From positions 1-46,698 of the forward strand of contig CAWFJJ010000012.1 of assembly GCA_963816185.1 (NCBI GenBank): a stretch of DNA of 46,698 nt. The letters are read 5' to 3'. This document shows, one piece after another, positions 42,087-46,698 of this stretch. How positions within the stretch are numbered: the stretch's first letter is position 1; each line of letters begins with the position of its first letter. Origin of the DNA: Thermoanaerobaculia bacterium. Lineage in GTDB: Bacteria; Acidobacteriota; Thermoanaerobaculia; UBA5066. The notes below the pieces were generated by a model, which worked only from the letters and a program-made list of their open reading frames with translations, searched no databases and was not told the origin of the DNA. Both the position numbers and the translations under genes were made by a program.

Positions 42087-43523
42087 TCAAATTCCCCTTC
42101 GTGCCCGGATTTTTCCGGCCTTAATCGCCTTCACGAAGGCGGCATGGTCAGATTCGGTCTGGTCGGCATAGGCGATCGCGAACCTTCCCATCGCGCGATC
42201 GAGGCGGTTGGTGTCGCCGCAATAGCCGTACAAAATCGCGGCGTCGCCGGTACGCGCGTGCGCCTTCGCGAGTACCTCTCCGCAAACCCGTGCGTATTCC
42301 TTCAGCGCGAGGCCGCTCAGCTCTGCCGGCTCGATCGAGGCCTTGTGATCCGCGAGCTGACGTACGAGGTAGTGGCGGCCCGTCAACGTCGTCCAGCCGA
42401 GGAACGGGTCTGACACGGTCTGCATCCGGTGCTGTCCCTGCGCGACGCGCCGCCCCTCGTGGGGAGGGCAGACCACACGGGGAAGGACGGAGGCGTAGCT
42501 CGAGGGCGGTTCCTCCTTGACCTGGAGAAACAGGGGATGGTCCGCCCCATCCCCGAACGCGAGAACGGCGTAGTCGCGCGTCCCCACGCTTCCTGTCCCG
42601 ACCACCTTGAAGGCGACGTCGACGAGGCAATACGCGTCGAGGACGAGCTGCCGGTCGTCGCTCACGGTGTCGCGATACGCCTTCAACGAGCCCATGACAC
42701 GTTTCGCTTTACGCGGTTCGAGAGGTTGGAGCAGGGGCGGGCGCTTGGGGAACCGTCGGAGACCCCCGCGCGCAAAGACCGTGAGCTTCTCGAGCGAATG
42801 CAAAGGCGTCGCGCGTTCAGCCTTTTCCAGGATTCGCGTCACTGGGCCACGGCGGTATCGACGGATCTCGAACCGCGCGAGATCTAGCGCTGACATCGCG
42901 GCGAATTCCTTCAGGGCTCCGCGATAGGAGGACACGAACTCCCCGACCGCTTCGGCACAGAGCGGGTCGCCATCTCCCGCCTCGCGGCCGGCGAGGACGA
43001 GGCTGGCCGCGAGGCGCTTGACGTCCCACTCCCAGGGCCCGGGCATCGTCTCGTCGAAGTCGTTGATGTCGAAGACGAGGTGGCCGTCGGGCGCCGCGAA
43101 GGCGCCGAGGTTGCGCACGTGCGCGTCGCCGCACATCTGGACGTGCACGCCGGTCACCGACGACCGGGCGAGATCGAGCGCCATGGCCGGCACGGCGCCG
43201 CGAAAGAACCCGAAGGGAGAGGCCGCCATCCTTCCCCACTTGATGGGCAGGAGCTCGGGAAGACGCCCGCGGCTCGCCTTCAGTAGCGTCGCCAGTATGT
43301 CCGGTCGTCCGTCCCATGTTTTCCATTTGCCCTGGTCGCTGCGAGGCAGCGCGCGGCGGCGGCTCTTCCCGAAAGCCAGCCTCTCTTCGACGGGATCGAA
43401 CCGGGCCGGAATCCTCTTCAAGCCGCGTCTCCGCGACGAAAGATAGCGCACACCGCAGCTCAGGCGACGAAGTGAGGTCGGAGGGTCCGCGCCAGGCGCT
43501 TTCCGACGCGCTTCAAGCAGCAC
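42087..43523 (-). CDS. DUF2252 family protein
   Basis: RMAASPFGFFRG, CGDAH..N.G, FDINDFDE, WEWDVKRL, KVVGTGSVG and LAKAHARTGD. True start probably near 43451. Confidence 0.9.
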   Translation of the reverse strand: MLLEARRKAPGADPPTSLRRLSCGVRYLSSRRRGLKRIPARFDPVEERLAFGKSRRRALPRSDQGKWKTWDGRPDILATLLKASRGRLPELLPIKWGRMAASPFGFFRGAVPAMALDLARSSVTGVHVQMCGDAHVRNLGAFAAPDGHLVFDINDFDETMPGPWEWDVKRLAASLVLAGREAGDGDPLCAEAVGEFVSSYRGALKEFAAMSALDLARFEIRRYRRGPVTRILEKAERATPLHSLEKLTVFARGGLRRFPKRPPLLQPLEPRKAKRVMGSLKAYRDTVSDDRQLVLDAYCLVDVAFKVVGTGSVGTRDYAVLAFGDGADHPLFLQVKEEPPSSYASVLPRVVCPPHEGRRVAQGQHRMQTVSDPFLGWTTLTGRHYLVRQLADHKASIEPAELSGLALKEYARVCGEVLAKAHARTGDAAILYGYCGDTNRLDRAMGRFAIAYADQTESDHAAFVKAIKAGKIRARRGI

Positions 43524-43744
43524 AGCAACTGCTGGGCGCGCGTGACGGGCTGCCCCTCGTTCGGAGATCTGTCGTGCTGTCCCGCTAGCGGACGTCGACG
43601 GCGTCAGCCTTCGCCGCCGAGCCGAGGCCGATGATGACCGTTCGGTCGCTCACCGAGGGATAGCCATCGCCGTCCGAGACCTCGTCGACGCGCTTCTAGA
43701 ATGCGCATTTCGGGAAGGGGTCAAGAATGTTCATTCGAGGGGTC

Positions 43745-44003
43745 GCGTCCGTGATGTAGACGAGCTTGTTGACGGCCGGACGTCCCGTGTCCATGGTCTG
43801 TCTCAGCGAGCAGTCGTCTGCACAATGACTTCCCCGAAAGACCTCCCAACAATGGTGGCCGATCGCCTCGTCTTGGACACTCCCGTGATGCGCTCGGCAG
43901 CGCGATTGAAGGAGCTGATCTTGCGCTCCTTGTCGACGGTGAAAACCCCGTCATTGATCGAGTCCAGAACGACGTCCTGTGCCTTCTTTTCGAGGCTTCC
44001 CAT
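43745..44003 (-). pseudogene. PAS-domain N-terminus of a probable sigma54 activator
   Basis: LDSINDGVFTVD..FNRAAERITG, then frameshifted C.EVF...C..DC.L. Confidence 0.65.
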
Positions 44004-44135
44004 GACGGACGAATCCTATCATCGCATTCTGGAGCTCGATGCTGCCCCAGACGTCTTCCGGGGCCTAGGCCGGCGCGGCCTTTCCGAACGTCTCCGTGAC
44101 CGTGAGCGTGAGGACGCACTCGAGAAGGAGCATGC

Positions 44136-44300
44136 TGTAGTGGCGCAATGGGAATTGCCGGGTCCTATAGGGGTGCAATGGGAATTGCCGGGGGCCTGTG
44201 GAGCGTGAAACCGGAGCCATTCTGTCTCTTTCTCGGTGCCGCCGAGGTGTCTTGAACCCGCCCGGTAGACGGGCATTCTGGCCCGGCGGGGCCTTTCATG
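44136..44300 (+). repeat. R30 doublet (44136, 44166) plus leader
   Basis: Exact 30-bp period. Leader ends CCTTTCATG. Confidence 0.9.
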
Positions 44301-44348
44301 TTTCTTCGTCGGCTAGAATGCCTCTCGATTTCGAAGAGGAGAACGAAC

Positions 44349-45050
44349 ATGAACGATCGTCTTCGGCACCGGCCCGCCGCCGTTGTTTTCGCGTGCCTAC
44401 TCGTCGCTGGTTGCCGCAAGGGTCCAGAAACGGCTGCCCCGGTGACGAGCAGTCCGGCGGTGAACTCTTCGGCGCCCGCACCGGCCCCCGTCGCGGCGTC
44501 CCCCGGAAACACTGAGGCTGGTCTCGGAGGAGCCGGGGCGGAGACCACGGCGAAGATGGCAGGCGCTGAATGGGCGCTCAAGCAGGACGCCATCAAGAAC
44601 GATCCCGACGGCCAGTGGGCCATCCAGGCCAAGGCATCCTCGTCCTATAACGATGCTCAAGGCGCCGCGGCATGGTCGGCCAATCAGGCCACTGGCGCAC
44701 CCAACGTAGAGAAGTACGGAGACGACGGGAGGGCCTGGGCACCGAAGACCCCAGATGGCGGCATCGAATGGTTGGAGCTGACATTCCCGAAACCGATCTT
44801 TGCCACTGAAGCGCGAATCCGCGAATCCTGTGGATCGGGCGCCGTCATCAGGGTGGAACTCTTCGACGAAAAGGGCACGCCTCACGTGGTCTGGGCAGGC
44901 AACGACCCGACCAAGGACCTGAACTACCTCCTCCTTAAGTTCGCGAAGACGACCTACAAGACTGACCGCATCAAGGTCACGCTCGCGACAAACGTCGTGC
45001 CTGGCTGGAACGAAATCGACGCCGTACAACTCGTCGGCAAGGAGAATTGA
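44349..45050 (+). CDS. Lipoprotein with discoidin/F5-8-like domain
   Basis: Lipobox VAGC. QWA..A.ASS.Y, AW.P..EWLEL.F and WNEIDAVQL.G. SD GAGGAG. Confidence 0.8.
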   Translation: MNDRLRHRPAAVVFACLLVAGCRKGPETAAPVTSSPAVNSSAPAPAPVAASPGNTEAGLGGAGAETTAKMAGAEWALKQDAIKNDPDGQWAIQAKASSSYNDAQGAAAWSANQATGAPNVEKYGDDGRAWAPKTPDGGIEWLELTFPKPIFATEARIRESCGSGAVIRVELFDEKGTPHVVWAGNDPTKDLNYLLLKFAKTTYKTDRIKVTLATNVVPGWNEIDAVQLVGKEN

Positions 45051-45159
45051 TCCATTCGTCGTGCGCTCATAACGACGCGATTCGCGAGCTCCAGAATGGT
45101 CTGAACCTGCAGGCCCTGCTGCTATCATGAGCCGCATCGCGAGAAGGAGGGATCTGATC

Positions 45160-45663
45160 ATGACGCTTCCGAGACGGACGGTGTTTGTCTTCGAGTGTGC
45201 GATGGCCGTATTGATGGTGGCCGCGCCGGCCTCCGCTGCCCCAAGCACGTACTACAACCACGGCAAGCCTGTCGCACTGACGGATTCGTACGCGTGCACC
45301 GAAGACGACATCCTCAACGACGGCAAACTCATCACGGTGGTGGCGTTCTCGAACGGCCCGATGGACAAGGCCGCGCTCAAGGCGGCAGCCAATCCATGTC
45401 GTGAGCTGACCCACCAGGTCGGCAAGGGCTTCACCACGCTGGTCGAGCTGAAGATCAAGTACGACGGCACGCCCTACAACGTCCAGGTGTTCGACGCCGG
45501 CGGCACGCACTCGCGCACCGACGCGGCGAACCTCAAGCTGACGAAGAACGATGGCAAGCGCATCGAGGGCGCGTACGCGACAAGAAACGCATCGGCCGAA
45601 CGCTCGCCCAATACCGAGGCCTTCGACCTGACGTTCGCGCTCGGCGTGGAGCCGTCGAAATAG
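45160..45663 (+). CDS. Secreted hypothetical protein
   Basis: Signal peptide ..ASA-AP. SD AAGGAGG. TAG stop overlaps a TAGGGGC end remnant. Confidence 0.75.
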   Translation: MTLPRRTVFVFECAMAVLMVAAPASAAPSTYYNHGKPVALTDSYACTEDDILNDGKLITVVAFSNGPMDKAALKAAANPCRELTHQVGKGFTTLVELKIKYDGTPYNVQVFDAGGTHSRTDAANLKLTKNDGKRIEGAYATRNASAERSPNTEAFDLTFALGVEPSK

Positions 45664-46698
45664 GGGCCCCGTAGACGGGCATCCTGGCCGGACGGGAGCC
45701 TTTCATGCATACCTCTCGGCCGCCCCGGGGTGCCAGTCCTCCGGGGGCACTTCCCGCCCTCCTACGCGCCTCGCACCTCTTCGGCCTCGCCCTCGGATCG
45801 GCGCTCGGTAGGCTCCGCGACTCGGGCGCGACGGCGGCGAGGATGTTTGAAAAGGCCGAGGAGCAGACCCTGCTCCTAAGGATGACGCGCGAGGCTTCTG
45901 CGATCCTCGGGGCGCGCTGGGACAAAGTGCCCGAGCGCCATCGCCCGCATTACGTACCCGAACAGCGCTTCCGGATCCTGCGGATCCGGAGTTTCCTCGG
46001 CCTGTCGCAACGCGAGACGGCCGAGATGTTTCGAGTGTCGGTCGAGACGATCGCACGGTGGGAGGTGGAGGCGACGAACCGCGGACGGCGAGGACGCACG
46101 TCCCCTGGTCGCTCCGATTCCTCCTGTCCGGCGTTTCGCCGACGTGGTCAGAGCCGTGGTCAAGACGATGGAGCTCGCCGGGTTTGGAGGAAACGATCTG
46201 ATCGCACGGACGCTGGCGCGTGCAGGCTGGAAGCTGTCGTCACGGACGGTGGGACGGATCCGCAAGGAGCGGTGGCCATCTCCCCGCTTCCCGCGGTGGC
46301 TCGAGGAATCGGCGAGCCGTGCGGGCGCGGCACCCGAATCACGTCTGGATGGTGGATCTGACGGACGTGAAAGGGCTGTTCTCTCTCGTCACGTTCAAGA
46401 TCGCGGTGGCCTTCGACGTGTTCTCGCGCATGCCTCTTTCGACGCGGATTTTCTCTAAGGAGCCTTCGGCCGGCGATATGGCCAGCTTCGTCTCGAGAAC
46501 GGCGAAGCGGCACGGGCGCCCGGCGCATTTCGTTTCGGATCAAGGACCTTGCTTCACGGGCCACATCTTTCGCCGCGCGCTGCGGGCGCCTCGGGGTGAA
46601 GCCGAGGTTCGGAGCAATCGGGAAGAAGGGCTCGATCGCCTTGATCGAGAGGACTGTGGAGGACGCTGAAGGACGCTCTCGGCCTGCGCCTGCTGCGG
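45661..46698 (+). mobile_element. Longest copy of the R30 element: end remnant, leader and frameshifted transposase (ATG 45705) running off the window
   Basis: HTH, WMVDLT, VSDQG and IER.W.TLK (D, D, E) in shifting frames. 46661-46698 overlaps 35669-35706. Confidence 0.88.

Overview
GC-rich bacterial accessory region, most likely from an Acidobacteriota genome. This is an inference from the GTRLGPYEI-type kinase/beta-propeller, the DRLDSWKEVAAYL-type protein, the TatA type and a GGAFYTT-type domain remnant, which point towards Thermoanaerobaculia. The dominant structure is one ~30-bp sequence, TGTAGGGGYGCAATGGGAATTGCCGGGGGC. By hand count it occurs about 30 times, about 23 on + and 7 on -. 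It is the TGT...ACA terminal repeat of a ~1.5-kb IS481/IS3-like DDE element, and no intact copy of that element is present in the window. The ends are mostly co-oriented solo left ends that abut, terminate or cut unrelated cargo genes (groESL, cytochrome c, kinase, USP, GT41/epimerase, GGDEF-EAL, tail tube, lipoproteins). They form exact 30-bp doublets and appear duplicated together with neighbouring cargo, giving a cassette-array-like locus organised by transposon ends. Also present: (1) an intact IS110/IS1111-type element inside a kinase-receiver gene, whose 3' non-coding region carries guide-like matches to its own target and donor (bridge/seek RNA); (2) a second TGT...ACA integrase-core element; (3) a DUF2924/serine-recombinase module; (4) two double-glycine peptides upstream of a SPINDLY-like glycosyltransferase; (5) a degenerate attC-like site; (6) many pseudogenes. 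All calls come from reading the sequence by eye; no database searches were run.
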